From Alphaproteobacteria bacterium (GTDB lineage Bacteria > Pseudomonadota > Alphaproteobacteria > CALKHQ01), in assembly GCA_965227515.1 (NCBI GenBank), contig CBDDFZ010000001.1, positions 2,848,001 to 2,912,000 of the forward strand: a DNA stretch of 64,000 bases, in the 5' to 3' direction. The position numbers were made by a program, and so were the translations under genes. Shown piece by piece: positions 1 through 10,494 of this stretch (position 1 is the stretch's first letter; each line of letters opens with the position of its first letter). A model generated the notes under the pieces. It was not told the DNA's origin and made no database searches. It was given only the letters and a program-made list of their open reading frames with translations.

Positions 1-727
1 GGATCGACGCCGACACCACGGCGTTGGTTGTCGCGGCACCCACGCCCTGCGCGCCGCCGCGCGAATGATAGCCGTTGTAGCAGCCCATCAGCGCGACCAG
101 GAACCCGAACACCGATGCCTTCACCAGGCCGGAGATCACATCCAGCGCGGACACGAAGTTGATCGTGTTGTGCAGGTAGGTGGCCGGGTTGAAATCGAGC
201 TTGAAGACGCTGACCAGATAGCCGCCGAACACGCCGATGATGTCGGCCGTCAGCACCAGCAGCGGCAGCATGGTGAAGCCGGCGATCAGCCGGGGTGCGA
301 CCAGGTACTTGTAGGGGTTGGTCGACAAGGTGGTCAGCGCGTCGATCTGCTCGGTCACCCGCATGGTGCCGATCTCCGCCGCCATGGCGGCGCCGATGCG
401 CCCGGCGACCATCAGCCCGGCCAGCACCGGACCCAGTTCGCGGGTGATCGACAGCACCACCACGTTCGGGATCGCCGACTCGGCGGAGAAACGTGAGAAG
501 CCGGTGTAGCTCTGCAGCGCCAGCACCATGCCGGTGAACACCGCGGTCAGCCCCACCACCGGCAGCGAGTAGTAGCCGATGTCGATCATCTGGCGCAGAA
601 TCAGGCGCGGGAAGAACGGCGGCCGCACGCAATGGCTGATCGAGATGCCGGTGAAGATGGTCAGCCGGCCGATGATCGCCAGGAAGCGCAGGAAGACGCG
701 CCCGATGGGTGCCAGCGGATTGATCAC
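1..727 (-). CDS. mlaE: MlaE family lipid-asymmetry ABC transporter permease (3' end runs off the window)
   Basis: Not in the ORF track; read by hand on the minus strand. GTG at 727 overlaps the alr stop (GTGA). Translation includes 'GYYSLPVVGLTAVFTGMVLALQSY', 'RELGPVLAGLMVAGRIGAAMAAEIGTMRVTEQIDAL' and 'GGAQGVGAATTNAVVSAS'. Confidence 0.92.
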   Translation of the reverse strand, partial: MINPLAPIGRVFLRFLAIIGRLTIFTGISISHCVRPPFFPRLILRQMIDIGYYSLPVVGLTAVFTGMVLALQSYTGFSRFSAESAIPNVVVLSITRELGPVLAGLMVAGRIGAAMAAEIGTMRVTEQIDALTTLSTNPYKYLVAPRLIAGFTMLPLLVLTADIIGVFGGYLVSVFKLDFNPATYLHNTINFVSALDVISGLVKASVFGFLVALMGCYNGYHSRGGAQGVGAATTNAVVSASI

Positions 728-1848
728 GCCGCGCCCTCTTGCGCCGGTTCGTTGACGTAGCGCCGCTCGAACCGGCGGCCCAGCGACGTCAGCACCTCAT
801 AGCCGATGGTGCCGGCATCGTCCGCGATCGCATCGACGGTCCGGTTCGGGCCGATGATCTCGACACGCGCGCCCGGGTGCACCAGTTCCGCCGGAACGTG
901 TGTCGCGTCAACGCAGATCAGGTCCATGGAAACGCGGCCGACGACGGGCATGGGATGGCTGTCAAGGAATACCGTTGTGGTGTCGCCAAGGCTGCGAAAG
1001 AACCCGTCCGCATAGCCGATGGCAATGGTGGCCAGAGTTGCGGGGCCGCCAAATTGGCGCGCGGCACCATAGCCAACGCTCTCACCCCGGTCAACGCGGC
1101 GGACCTGCAGGATCGGCGCGTCGAGAGCGGCCACCTGGCGCATCGGATTGGGCGTGCCGGGCACCGGGTTGACGCCCCACAGCGCGGCACCCGGCCGGGC
1201 GAGGTCGAAGTGGTAGCCGGGCCCGAGAAAGATGCCGGACGAATTGGCGAAACTGGCGGGCAGCCGTTGCCCGGTCTGCGCCAACGCCTGCCGGAACCGG
1301 TCGAGCTGGGCCGCGTTCAGCGGATGATCGGGTGTGTCGGCGCAGGCGAGGTGGCTGAGCACGCCCTGGATGTTAAGGCCAGACAGGCGCTCGGGAGTCT
1401 GCCACAGCGCCGGCCAGTCGCGCATGGCGAAGCCGAGCCGGTTCATGCCGGTGTCGACATGGAGGAAAGCGGGCAGGGCGTCATTGTCGCTGCGCGCGGC
1501 CTGCCAGGCCTCGACGTCGCCGGTGTGATTGAGCACGGGAATTTGGTCTTGAGCGATCAGGTCGCCGGAATTCTGCGCGCGGGCGTTGGTGCCGCCGGGG
1601 CCGTTCAACACGCCGATGCGCGGTCCGGCGCCCAGGGCATCGCGCAGGGCCAAACCTTCCTCGGCCAACGCGACGAAGAAGGTACGGCAGCCGGCCGCCA
1701 TCAGCGCAGCACCCACGCGTGCCGCGCCCAGCCCATAGCCATCGGCCTTCACCACGGCGGCGCATTCGCCCGGCGCCACCCTTGCGGCCAGTGCGCGCCA
1801 GTTGGCCGCGACCGCGCCCAGGTCGACGGTCAGCCGCGCGCCGCTCAA
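724..1848 (-). CDS. alr: Alanine racemase
   Basis: 'AVVKADGYGLG' PLP-lysine motif, 'HVDTGMNRLG', 'IGYADG', 'GRVSMD', 'GTIGYEVLT'. Confidence 0.97.
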   Translation of the reverse strand: MSGARLTVDLGAVAANWRALAARVAPGECAAVVKADGYGLGAARVGAALMAAGCRTFFVALAEEGLALRDALGAGPRIGVLNGPGGTNARAQNSGDLIAQDQIPVLNHTGDVEAWQAARSDNDALPAFLHVDTGMNRLGFAMRDWPALWQTPERLSGLNIQGVLSHLACADTPDHPLNAAQLDRFRQALAQTGQRLPASFANSSGIFLGPGYHFDLARPGAALWGVNPVPGTPNPMRQVAALDAPILQVRRVDRGESVGYGAARQFGGPATLATIAIGYADGFFRSLGDTTTVFLDSHPMPVVGRVSMDLICVDATHVPAELVHPGARVEIIGPNRTVDAIADDAGTIGYEVLTSLGRRFERRYVNEPAQEGAA

Positions 1849-1858
1849 CGATGTGCGC

Positions 1859-3430
1859 TCAATGATGGGCGGGCAGGTGGCTGTCCTGCGCCAGATCGCC
1901 GAACTTCGCGTGCTGGCCGTCGAAGCGCAGGCGCGCGGTGCCGATGGGGCCGTGGCGCTGCTTGGCGATGATCACTTCGGCGGTGTCGTAGACCTCCTCG
2001 CAGCGCGCCTTCCAGCGGTCGTGGCGGTCGTTGTACTTCTCCAGCGACTCCTCGGCGCGCTGGGTCGGCTCCGCGCGCTCCAGATAATACTGCTCGCGAT
2101 ACACGAACATCACCACGTCGGCGTCCTGCTCGATCGAGCCCGATTCGCGCAGGTCGGCAAGCTGAGGGCGCTTGTCCTCGCGCTGCTCGACCGCACGGCT
2201 GAGCTGTGACAACGCCACCACCGGCACGTTAAGTTCCTTGGCTAATGCCTTGAGGCCACGCGTCATTTCACTGATCTCCAGCACGCGGTTCTCGCTGCGC
2301 CGGCCGGGCGGGCTGCCGAGCAATTGCAGGTAGTCGACAACGATGAGGCCGAGCCCATGGGTGCGCTTCATGCGCCGGGCGCGGGTGCGCAGTTGCGGCA
2401 CCGAGATTGCCGGCGTGTCGTCGATGAAGAGCGGCGTGCGGGCCAGTTTCTGGCTCGCCAGCACCAGCTTCTCGAACTGGGCGGTCGACATCTCGCCGCG
2501 CCTCAGCTTCTCCGACGACACCCCCACCCACTCCGACAGGATGCGGGTGGCCAGTTGCTCGGCGGACATCTCCAGCGAGAAGAAGGCGACCGGGTCCAGG
2601 CGCTCGACCTCGTTGCCTTCCTCGTCGACTTCCACCCGGCGCGCGCTGGCGGCGCTGAACGCGATGTTGGTGGCGAGCGCCGTTTTACCCATGGACGGGC
2701 GACCAGCGAGGATGATCAGGTCGGAGGCATGCATGCCGCCCAGTTTGGCGTCCAGGTCGGTCAGCCCGGTCGGCATGCCGGCGGAATGGCCGTCGCGGCG
2801 GTGCGCCGCCTCCGCCATCTTGATCGCCTCGGTCATCGCATGCTGGAAGTCGATCAGCCCACGGTCGACCTGGCCGACGGTCGCGAGATCGAACAGCTTC
2901 TGCTCGGCGACCTCGATCTGGTCGTTGGCGTGCAGGTTGAGGTCGAAGCTGTAGGCGTCGTTGACCACGGTCTCGCCGAGGTCGATCAGCTCCCGCCGCA
3001 GGTAGAGGTCGTGAATGACCCTGGCGTAGTGGCCGGCGTTGATGACCGAGGTGACCGAGCCCGCCAACTGCGACAGGAACCGCGCGCCGCCGACTTCGGA
3101 GAGCGCGTCGTCCTGGTCGAACAGGTTCTTCAGCGTCACCGGGTTGGCGAGCTGGCCCGCATTCACCAGTTGGCCGATGGCATCGTAGATGCGGCCGTGG
3201 GCCGGGTCGGCGAAATGATCCGGCAGCAGGAAGTCGGCCACCCGCTCATAGGCGCGGTTGTTGGCCAAGAGGGCGCCGAGCAGCGCCATCTCCGCATCCA
3301 GATTGTGCGGCGGCGTGCGCAGCGCATTGGGCGCGATGAAACCGGCCGACGACGGGGACGACGTGTCATCGCGGGGATGCTCGTCGCGGGGGGATCCGTC
3401 GCCGCCGAACTCGGTTCGGTCCGTATCCAT
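1859..3430 (-). CDS. dnaB: Replicative DNA helicase
   Basis: 'PPHNLDAEMALLG', Walker A 'GRPSMGKT', 'FFSLEMSAEQL', 'VDYLQL', 'DLRESGSIEQDAD', 'KQRHGP'. Confidence 0.98.
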   Translation of the reverse strand: MDTDRTEFGGDGSPRDEHPRDDTSSPSSAGFIAPNALRTPPHNLDAEMALLGALLANNRAYERVADFLLPDHFADPAHGRIYDAIGQLVNAGQLANPVTLKNLFDQDDALSEVGGARFLSQLAGSVTSVINAGHYARVIHDLYLRRELIDLGETVVNDAYSFDLNLHANDQIEVAEQKLFDLATVGQVDRGLIDFQHAMTEAIKMAEAAHRRDGHSAGMPTGLTDLDAKLGGMHASDLIILAGRPSMGKTALATNIAFSAASARRVEVDEEGNEVERLDPVAFFSLEMSAEQLATRILSEWVGVSSEKLRRGEMSTAQFEKLVLASQKLARTPLFIDDTPAISVPQLRTRARRMKRTHGLGLIVVDYLQLLGSPPGRRSENRVLEISEMTRGLKALAKELNVPVVALSQLSRAVEQREDKRPQLADLRESGSIEQDADVVMFVYREQYYLERAEPTQRAEESLEKYNDRHDRWKARCEEVYDTAEVIIAKQRHGPIGTARLRFDGQHAKFGDLAQDSHLPAHH

Positions 3431-3476
3431 GGGCGCAACCTAACAAACCGACTCGGCGCGCAGGAACGCTCCAGGC

Positions 3477-3485
3477 TGTGGATAA
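3477..3485. promoter_or_regulatory. DnaA box upstream of dnaB
   Basis: TGTGGATAA is the reverse complement of the consensus TTATCCACA and lies about 47 bp upstream of the dnaB start. A degenerate box CGTGGACAA is at 3496-3504. Confidence 0.6.
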
Positions 3486-3638
3486 CTAAATGCAGCGTGG
3501 ACAAACGAGGTTATGCAGCCGGACCAATGGCTTGCGATTCGCTAACGGCCGCTGTTGCGGTTGTGTTGCAGCAATATTGCACAACATCCGGGATGACGCG
3601 CGTTCCTGCTCGTCCGGCGCAGGACGGCGGCCCGGCGA

Positions 3639-4886
3639 CTACTCCGCGGCGTGACGGGTGTGCTGTTGAGGCGATGCCCCGTCGCGCATCTCCCGCTCGG
3701 TGTCGGTGATGTAGTCGCGGGTCAGCGGGGCCGCCTCGGGGCGCTTGGCGAGCTGGATCTGGAACACCATCTGGCCCATGTGGCGGAAGCTCATCTCGCA
3801 GCCGACCAGATAGAACTCCCACATCCGGCAGAACTGCTCGTCATAGAGCTCGACGACCTGGTCGCGGTTGGCCATGAACCGCCGATGCCAGTGCTTCAGG
3901 GTCTCGGCATAGTGCAGGCGCAGGATCTCGATGTCGGTCACCCACAGGCCGGCATCCTCGATGGCGGCGAGCGTTTCCGACAGGGCGGGGGTGTAGCCGC
4001 CAGGGAAGATGTACTTGCGCAGCCAAGGGTTGGTGGTGCCGGGCGGCTCCATGCGGCCGATGGAATGCAGCAGGCAGACCCCGTCGTCGGCCAGCAACGA
4101 CTTCACCTTGCCGAAGAACTCGCGGTAGTGGCCGACGCCGACATGCTCGAACATGCCGACCGACACGATGCGGTCGAAGGTGCCGGTCTGGTTGCGGTAG
4201 TCGCGCAGGTGGAACGACACCCGGTCGTCCATGCCCTCGCTCACCGCGCGGGCGGAGCTGTAGCCGTGCTGTTCGGTCGACAGGGTGACGCCGGTCACCT
4301 CGGCGCCGCTCTCGCGGGCCAGGAACAGGCCGAGCCCGCCCCAGCCGGACCCGATGTCCAGCACCTTGTGCTCCGGTTGCAGCAGCAGCTTGGCCGCGAT
4401 GTGCTGCTTCTTGTTGAGCTGCGCCGTCTCCAGGTCGACATTGTCGTTCAGGAAGTAGCCACAGGAATACTGCCGGTCGCGATCCAGGAACAGGTCGTAC
4501 AGCCGGTCGGACAGATCGTAGTGGTGGGCCACGTTCTTGCGCGCCCTGGACAGCGGATTGTGCTGGCTGATCCGGCGCATGGCGCGGGCCAGCGTGTTGC
4601 CGACCTTCTGCAGCGGGTGGTTGGAGAAGCGGCCGATATTGGCGCACAGCACGTCCAACAGGTCGTGCAAGGTGCTGTCTTCCAGGGTCAGGCTGCCGTC
4701 GGTATAGGCCTCGCCGAAATAGAGCTGCGGGCGGTAGAACAGGCGGCGGTGCAGCCGCTTGTCGTGCAGCCTCATTATGGCGTGCGGCGTCTCGTCGGTG
4801 CCGAACACGTGGGTCCGCCCGTTGGCGTCGATCATCGTCAGGCGGCCGACCTTGATCAGGTCGCTCAGAAGGTGGGCTAACAACAT
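3639..4886 (-). CDS. cfa: Cyclopropane-fatty-acyl-phospholipid synthase family SAM methyltransferase
   Basis: 'NVAHHYDLS', 'YSCGYF', 'VLDIGSGWGGL', 'FDRIVSVGMFEHVG', 'KYIFPGG', 'RMWEFYL'. Confidence 0.92.
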   Translation of the reverse strand: MLLAHLLSDLIKVGRLTMIDANGRTHVFGTDETPHAIMRLHDKRLHRRLFYRPQLYFGEAYTDGSLTLEDSTLHDLLDVLCANIGRFSNHPLQKVGNTLARAMRRISQHNPLSRARKNVAHHYDLSDRLYDLFLDRDRQYSCGYFLNDNVDLETAQLNKKQHIAAKLLLQPEHKVLDIGSGWGGLGLFLARESGAEVTGVTLSTEQHGYSSARAVSEGMDDRVSFHLRDYRNQTGTFDRIVSVGMFEHVGVGHYREFFGKVKSLLADDGVCLLHSIGRMEPPGTTNPWLRKYIFPGGYTPALSETLAAIEDAGLWVTDIEILRLHYAETLKHWHRRFMANRDQVVELYDEQFCRMWEFYLVGCEMSFRHMGQMVFQIQLAKRPEAAPLTRDYITDTEREMRDGASPQQHTRHAAE

Positions 4887-5016
4887 GGCCGTAACTCGCC
4901 GTGCCTATCGCTTAGTCTGCGTTCGTTCCCAATTTTGCCACGTCGCGCGGCGCATGCAAGAGGCAGGGCGCGGAGTCGCGCGCCACGGGCCCATTTGATG
5001 GCTGCGCCCCGGGCAT

Positions 5017-5058
5017 AAAAAGAAACGCCCCGGCGGTTGTCGAGACCACTGGGGCGTT
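5017..5058 (-). terminator. Intrinsic terminator after rpsF-rpsR-rplI
   Basis: Stem AACGCCCCGG...CTGGGGCGTT with an A-tract on its left, which is a U-tract on the minus-strand transcript. Confidence 0.6.
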
Positions 5059-5111
5059 CCAAAAATCTATCGGGCGCGGGCCATTAGACCCGCTGGACGG
5101 CAGGCCAGGCG

Positions 5112-5765
5112 CTAGGCCTCGGGCTTGTCCTCGTCGTCGGCGACCTCGGTCTCCGCGGGGGCGTCCTCGCCTTCGATCAGCGCGGCGGTCTCTTCCACCG
5201 GCTGCGGCTCTTCGACGCCTTCTTCCAGCAGCTCGGCGACGTCGACCTCTTCCTCGTCGTCCTCTTCCTCAAGACCGATCACCGCGCCGCCACGCTCCAG
5301 TTGCATGGCAGCCTCTTCCTCGGTCCGCGCGACATTGCCGGTGATCTCCACCGAGACCTCGGGATGCAACACGATCCTGATCGGGTGCAGGCCCAACGCC
5401 TTGATCGGCCGGTCCAGCACGACCTGCGAACGGTCGATGGTGACGCCGCCGTCGTCGCTCAGGGTGGTGGCCACGTCACGCGCCGACACCGAGCCGTAGA
5501 GCTGCCCGTTCTCGCCGGCCTGGCGGACCAGGGTGATGACGGTGCCTTCCACCTTCTCCGCGACGCTCTCGGCCTCCTGGCGGCGCTCCAGGTTCACGGC
5601 CTCAAGCTGCGCCTTCTGGTTCTCGAAGACGGCGAGGTTCTGCTTGGTTGCCCGCATCGCCTTCTGCTTCGGCAGCAGGAAATTGCGCGCATAGCCGGGC
5701 TTGACGGTGACGACGTCGCCCATCTGGCCCAGTCGCTCGATCCGTTCGAGCAGGATGACTTGCAT
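5112..5765 (-). CDS. rplI: 50S ribosomal protein L9 (acidic C-terminal tail)
   Basis: 'MQVILLERIERLGQMGDVVTVKPGYARNFLLP', 'GQLYGSV'. Confidence 0.98.
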   Translation of the reverse strand: MQVILLERIERLGQMGDVVTVKPGYARNFLLPKQKAMRATKQNLAVFENQKAQLEAVNLERRQEAESVAEKVEGTVITLVRQAGENGQLYGSVSARDVATTLSDDGGVTIDRSQVVLDRPIKALGLHPIRIVLHPEVSVEITGNVARTEEEAAMQLERGGAVIGLEEEDDEEEVDVAELLEEGVEEPQPVEETAALIEGEDAPAETEVADDEDKPEA

Positions 5766-5818
5766 GGATCTGAACTCCCGGCCGGCCGTCCTTGTGACGC
5801 CGGCGCTCTCTCAAACGG

Positions 5819-6079
5819 CTACTTCAGGACGTACGGCAGCAGCGACAGGAACCGCGCCCGCTTGATGGCAATCGCCAGCCGGCGCTGCTTCTTCGCGGAT
5901 ACGCCGGTGATCCGGCTCGGCACGATCTTGCCGCGCTCCGAAATAAAGCGCTGCAGCGTGCGCACATCCTTGTAGTCGATCTTCAGACCGTTCGGCCCGC
6001 TGAACGGGCAGGTCTTGCGGCGGCGGAAAAACGGCCGGCGGCCACCGCCGCCCGACGACCGGCGCGGTGCCTGGCTCAT
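5819..6079 (-). CDS. rpsR: 30S ribosomal protein S18
   Basis: 'RRKTCPF...IDYKD...[13 protein letters not shown]...[13 protein letters not shown]'. Confidence 0.98.
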   Translation of the reverse strand: MSQAPRRSSGGGGRRPFFRRRKTCPFSGPNGLKIDYKDVRTLQRFISERGKIVPSRITGVSAKKQRRLAIAIKRARFLSLLPYVLK

Positions 6080-6624
6080 GATTCTGCCTCATTGCTGGTG
6101 GTGGTTTCGGAAGCGGTGCTCTCGGATGCAGTGCTGGCGGATGCAGTGCTGGCGGATGCGCCGCTGTCGGCGTCCTCGCCCGCAGCGCGGCGCGGGCGGT
6201 CCCGATCGCCGCGATCGCCCCGGTCTCCGCGATCCCGGTCACGACCGCCCCGGTCGCCCCGGTCACCGCGATCGCGGTCCCCACGGCGGCCACCGCGCTC
6301 GTTCTTGTTCTGCATCACGATGGACGGGCCTTCCTCCAGCTCGTCGACCTTCAGGGTCAACTGGCGCAGCACATCCTCGTTCAGGCGCATGTTGCGCTCC
6401 ATCTCCGCCACCGCCGGGTGCGGGGCGTCCAGATGCAGCATCACATAGTGGCCCTTGCGGTTCTTCTTGATCCGGTACGACAGGTTGCGCAGACCCCAAT
6501 ATTCGGTCTTCGCGACAGACCCGCCGCCGGTGGTGATGATTTCGCTGAAGCTCTCGACCAATCCGTCAACCTGACCGGAAGAGATATCCTGGCGTGCGAT
6601 GAACACGCACTCGTACAAAGCCAA
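6076..6624 (-). CDS. rpsF: 30S ribosomal protein S6 with long low-complexity tail
   Basis: '[11 protein letters not shown]...[20 protein letters not shown]...NEDVLR'. TTG start preceded by GGGAG. Confidence 0.97.
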   Translation of the reverse strand: MALYECVFIARQDISSGQVDGLVESFSEIITTGGGSVAKTEYWGLRNLSYRIKKNRKGHYVMLHLDAPHPAVAEMERNMRLNEDVLRQLTLKVDELEEGPSIVMQNKNERGGRRGDRDRGDRGDRGGRDRDRGDRGDRGDRDRPRRAAGEDADSGASASTASASTASESTASETTTSNEAES

Positions 6625-6889
6625 GTCTGAGACTCCCTATGGCTGATTTGGCGCAGCCGGTACCAAACCCTCGGCACCACGCAAAGCTGCGCCCAGCCGA
6701 CAAGCTTCGCTTGCCGGCAAGGAGCGATGAAGGCGCGGATAATACGCATCGCGCCCGGCCGTGCAAGCGCAATCGCGCCGCCGGAGCGAATTCGCGCGGG
6801 GCATCGCTTGACACTCTGGAACGCCAGCGCCATCAAGGCGCGTCCCGCCGGCCGCGCCGCCGTCATTCGCCATCCCCGAGGAACCCGTC

Positions 6890-7840
6890 ATGTCAGTCGC
6901 TTTCGTCTTTCCCGGCCAGGGCTCGCAGAAGGTCGGCATGGCCGGCGCTCTCGCTGACGCCTATCCGGCCGCGCGGGCGGTGTTCGAGGAGGTGGACGGC
7001 GCCTTGAACCAGAAGCTGTTCGCGCTGATCGAGGATGGGCCCGAGGACGAGTTGACCCTGACCGAGAACGCGCAGCCGGCACTGATGGCGGTCAGCATGG
7101 CGGCGCTCGCCGCCTTGCGCTCGGAAGGCGGCGACACGGCGACCGACGCGGCAGCCTTCGTCGCGGGCCATTCGCTTGGCGAGTATTCCGCGCTGTGTGC
7201 CGCCGGCGCGCTCAGCATCGGCGATGCGGCGCGCCTGTTGAAGCGGCGCGGCCAGGCCATGCAGCAGGCGGTGCCGGTGGGCGCCGGCGGCATGGCGGCC
7301 GTGCTGGGCCTCGATCTGGATGCGGTGCGCGCGATCGCCGCCGACGCCGCGGAGGGCGAGGTCTGCGCCGCCGCCAACGACAACGCGCCGGGGCAGGTGG
7401 TGATCAGCGGCGCCAAGGCCGCGGTGCAGCGGGCATCTGCCCTGGCCAAGGAGCGCGGGGCCAAGCGGGCGGTCGACCTGCCGGTCTCCGCGCCGTTCCA
7501 TTGCAGCCTGATGGCGCCGGCCGCAGAGGTGATGGCCCAGGCGCTGGCTGAGGTCGACCTGCGCGCTCCGCAACCGCCGCTGGTGGCCAACGTCACCGCC
7601 GCCGCGGTCGACGACGCCGACGAGGTGCGCCGGCTGCTGGTGGCGCAGGTGACGGGTACGGTGCGCTGGCGCGAATCCATGATCTGGCTGGCTGACAACG
7701 GGGTGACCGCCCTCTATGAGATCGGCGCCGGCAATGTGCTCAGCGGCTTGGCGCGTCGGATCGACGGTAGGCTGCAGGCGACGCCGGTCGGCACGCCGGA
7801 TGCGGTGGTGGCGGCCGCGGCGGCGCTCGCGGGGGCCTGA
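6890..7840 (+). CDS. fabD: Malonyl-CoA:ACP transacylase
   Basis: 'FVFPGQGSQ', 'GHSLGEYSAL', 'LPVSAPFHC'. Confidence 0.97.
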   Translation: MSVAFVFPGQGSQKVGMAGALADAYPAARAVFEEVDGALNQKLFALIEDGPEDELTLTENAQPALMAVSMAALAALRSEGGDTATDAAAFVAGHSLGEYSALCAAGALSIGDAARLLKRRGQAMQQAVPVGAGGMAAVLGLDLDAVRAIAADAAEGEVCAAANDNAPGQVVISGAKAAVQRASALAKERGAKRAVDLPVSAPFHCSLMAPAAEVMAQALAEVDLRAPQPPLVANVTAAAVDDADEVRRLLVAQVTGTVRWRESMIWLADNGVTALYEIGAGNVLSGLARRIDGRLQATPVGTPDAVVAAAAALAGA

Positions 7841-7915
7841 AGCACAACTGCATCACAACGACACAAGGTCGGAAGCGACAACGCCGGCGCATATGACCGG
7901 CGGGAGGAGGGGCGA

Positions 7916-8656
7916 ATGTTCGAATTGACGGGTCGTACGGCGCTGGTCACCGGCGCCACCGGAGACATTGGCGGCGCGATTGCCCGAGCACTGGCCAACC
8001 AGGGTGCCCGCGTGGTGCTGACCGGCCGCCGGCAGGACGCGCTGGACGCACTGGCCGGCGAGCTTGGCGACAGCGCCGTGGCGATTGCCGGCGACCTTGC
8101 CAGCGCGGACGGTGTTGCGGCCCTGGCCGCGGCGGCGGACGAGGCCGCGGAGAACGGCATCGACATCCTGGTCAACAACGCCGGGTTCGCGCGCGACGGG
8201 CTGAGTATGCGCATGAGCGACGAGGACTGGGCGGCGGTGATGGAAGTGAACTTGGCCGCCTGCTTCCGGCTGACCCGCGCCATGCTGCGTGGCATGATGA
8301 AACGGCGCTATGGGCGCATCGTGTCCATCTCGTCCATCGTCGGCCAGACCGGCAATCCCGGCCAGGCCAACTACGCGGCGTCCAAGGCCGGCCTGATCGG
8401 CATGTCGAAGTCGATCGCGGCGGAGGTCGCCAGCCGGGGCATCACCGTGAACTGCGTGGCGCCGGGCATGATCTCCGGCCGCATGACCGACGAGATCGGC
8501 GAGGCGGCCAAGGCGCGGATGCACGAGTCGATCCCGATGGGCCGGATGGGCGCGGTCGAGGAGATCGCGGCGGCGGTCGCGTTCCTGGCCAGCAACGAGG
8601 CATCCTACGTCACCGGCCACACGCTCAGCGTGAATGGCGGCATGGCGATGCTGTAG
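7916..8656 (+). CDS. fabG: 3-oxoacyl-ACP reductase
   Basis: SDR motifs 'TGATGDIG', 'NNAG', 'GQANYAASKAG'; lies between fabD and acpP. Confidence 0.95.
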   Translation: MFELTGRTALVTGATGDIGGAIARALANQGARVVLTGRRQDALDALAGELGDSAVAIAGDLASADGVAALAAAADEAAENGIDILVNNAGFARDGLSMRMSDEDWAAVMEVNLAACFRLTRAMLRGMMKRRYGRIVSISSIVGQTGNPGQANYAASKAGLIGMSKSIAAEVASRGITVNCVAPGMISGRMTDEIGEAAKARMHESIPMGRMGAVEEIAAAVAFLASNEASYVTGHTLSVNGGMAML

Positions 8657-8908
8657 GGTGAATGGGGCGAGACGGGCCGTGAGAGCCGCATCCGAATTGC
8701 CGATCAGAGACTTGCGCAGAATGATGGTGGGTGGTAAGGCCGATCTCCGCACAGGATTTGGCCAGCCGGAAACATCACTCCGGCCGTGGGCGGCCGGCAC
8801 GCGTTATGGTCAGTTTGTGTTGGACGGCGTAAGCTTCACAGGTTGCGTCGCCCGAATGGAAACGCCAACCTTGGTATCTGCCACCAAATTGGGAGTGGGG
8901 AACTGCAC

Positions 8909-9145
8909 ATGAGTGATGTTGCCGATCGCGTCAAGAAGATCGTTGTCGAACACTTGGGCGTCGACGAGGGAAAAGTAACGGAATCCGCGAGTTTCATTGA
9001 CGACCTCGGCGCCGACAGCTTGGATACGGTCGAATTGGTCATGGCGTTCGAGGAAGAATTTGGTGTTGAGATCCCTGACGATGCGGCGGAGAAGATCGTC
9101 ACCGTCAAGGATGCTATTGATTTCATCCAGGAAAACGCCAATTAA
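8909..9145 (+). CDS. acpP: Acyl carrier protein
   Basis: '[18 protein letters not shown]...[20 protein letters not shown]'. Start reassigned to ATG 8909. Confidence 0.98.
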   Translation: MSDVADRVKKIVVEHLGVDEGKVTESASFIDDLGADSLDTVELVMAFEEEFGVEIPDDAAEKIVTVKDAIDFIQENAN

Positions 9146-9231
9146 CGCGGCTAACTGACAATGGGCACGCTTGCCCTGCCTGCTTTCCGCCCCCGCGCTT
9201 TGGCAGCCGGGGCGGCAAGGGCGATTGGACG

Positions 9232-10494
9232 ATGAGACGCGTTGTCGTTACCGGAATGGGTGTGGTTACGCCGCTCGGGGTCGGACTCGACCAGAACTGG
9301 CGGCGGCTGACCAATGCCGAATCGGGCGTGCGCGCGATCGAGCACTTCGATGTCGCCGACATGCCGGCGCGGATCGCGGGCCAGATCACGCGCGGCACGG
9401 GTGAGGGCGAATTCGATCCCGACGCCTACATGACCTACAAGGACCAGCGCCAGGTCGACGACTTCCTGCTCTACGGCTTCAGCGCCGCCACGATGGCGGT
9501 GGCGGACTCCGGCTGGGAGGCCGAGACCGAGGAGCAGCAGAACCGGACCGGCGTGATGATCGGGTCCGGTATCGGCGGGCTGGAGACCATTTGCGACGGC
9601 GCGATCACGCTCAGGGACAAGGGCCCGCGGCGCGTTACGCCGCACTTCATCCCGGCGGCGCTGATCAATCTGGTGTCGGGCCGGGTGTCGATTCGCTTCG
9701 GCTTCCGCGGTCCCAATCATTCCGCGGTGACCGCATGCGCCACCGGTGCCCATGCCATTGGCGATGCCGCCCGCCTGATCATGTGGGACGATGCCGACGT
9801 CATGGTTGCCGGCGGTGCAGAGGCGGCGATCTGCCGGATCGGGCTGGCCGGGTTCGCGGCCTGCCGTGCGCTGTCCACCGGCTACAACGACACGCCGCAG
9901 GAGGCATCGCGCCCCTGGGACCAGGGGCGGGACGGCTTCGTGATGGGCGAGGGCGCCGGTATCGTGGTGCTGGAGGAGTTAGAGCACGCCAAGAAGCGCG
10001 GCGCCAACATCTATGCCGAAATAGTCGGCTATGGCCTGTCGGGCGATGCCAACCACATCACCGCACCGGCCGAGGACGGCAATGGCGCGGTGCGTGCCAT
10101 GCAGGCCGCCCTGAAGCGCGCGGAGATCGACGCCAGCGAGATCGGCTACATCAACGCCCATGCCACGTCGACGCCGCTGGGCGACGATGTCGAGTTGCGG
10201 GCCATGCGGACCGTGTTCGGCAACCACGCCGGCAGCGTGATGGTCTCCTCGACCAAGTCGGCAATCGGCCACCTTCTGGGGGCGGCCGGCAGCGTCGAGG
10301 CGATCTACACCATCCTGGCCCTGCAACGCGGCACGGCGCCGCCCACGCTGAACCTTGCCGACCCGTCGCCGGAAGCCGGCGGGTTCGACCTGGTGCCCCA
10401 TCAGGCACGCGAGGGCAAGTTCTCGTATGCGATGTCCAACGCCTTCGGCTTCGGCGGCACCAATACGTCGCTGATATTCAGCGCGGCCGCCTGA
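9232..10494 (+). CDS. fabF: Beta-ketoacyl-ACP synthase II
   Basis: 'RRVVVTGMG', 'TACATG', 'NAHATST', 'GHLLGAAG', 'NAFGFGGTN'. Confidence 0.97.
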   Translation: MRRVVVTGMGVVTPLGVGLDQNWRRLTNAESGVRAIEHFDVADMPARIAGQITRGTGEGEFDPDAYMTYKDQRQVDDFLLYGFSAATMAVADSGWEAETEEQQNRTGVMIGSGIGGLETICDGAITLRDKGPRRVTPHFIPAALINLVSGRVSIRFGFRGPNHSAVTACATGAHAIGDAARLIMWDDADVMVAGGAEAAICRIGLAGFAACRALSTGYNDTPQEASRPWDQGRDGFVMGEGAGIVVLEELEHAKKRGANIYAEIVGYGLSGDANHITAPAEDGNGAVRAMQAALKRAEIDASEIGYINAHATSTPLGDDVELRAMRTVFGNHAGSVMVSSTKSAIGHLLGAAGSVEAIYTILALQRGTAPPTLNLADPSPEAGGFDLVPHQAREGKFSYAMSNAFGFGGTNTSLIFSAAA

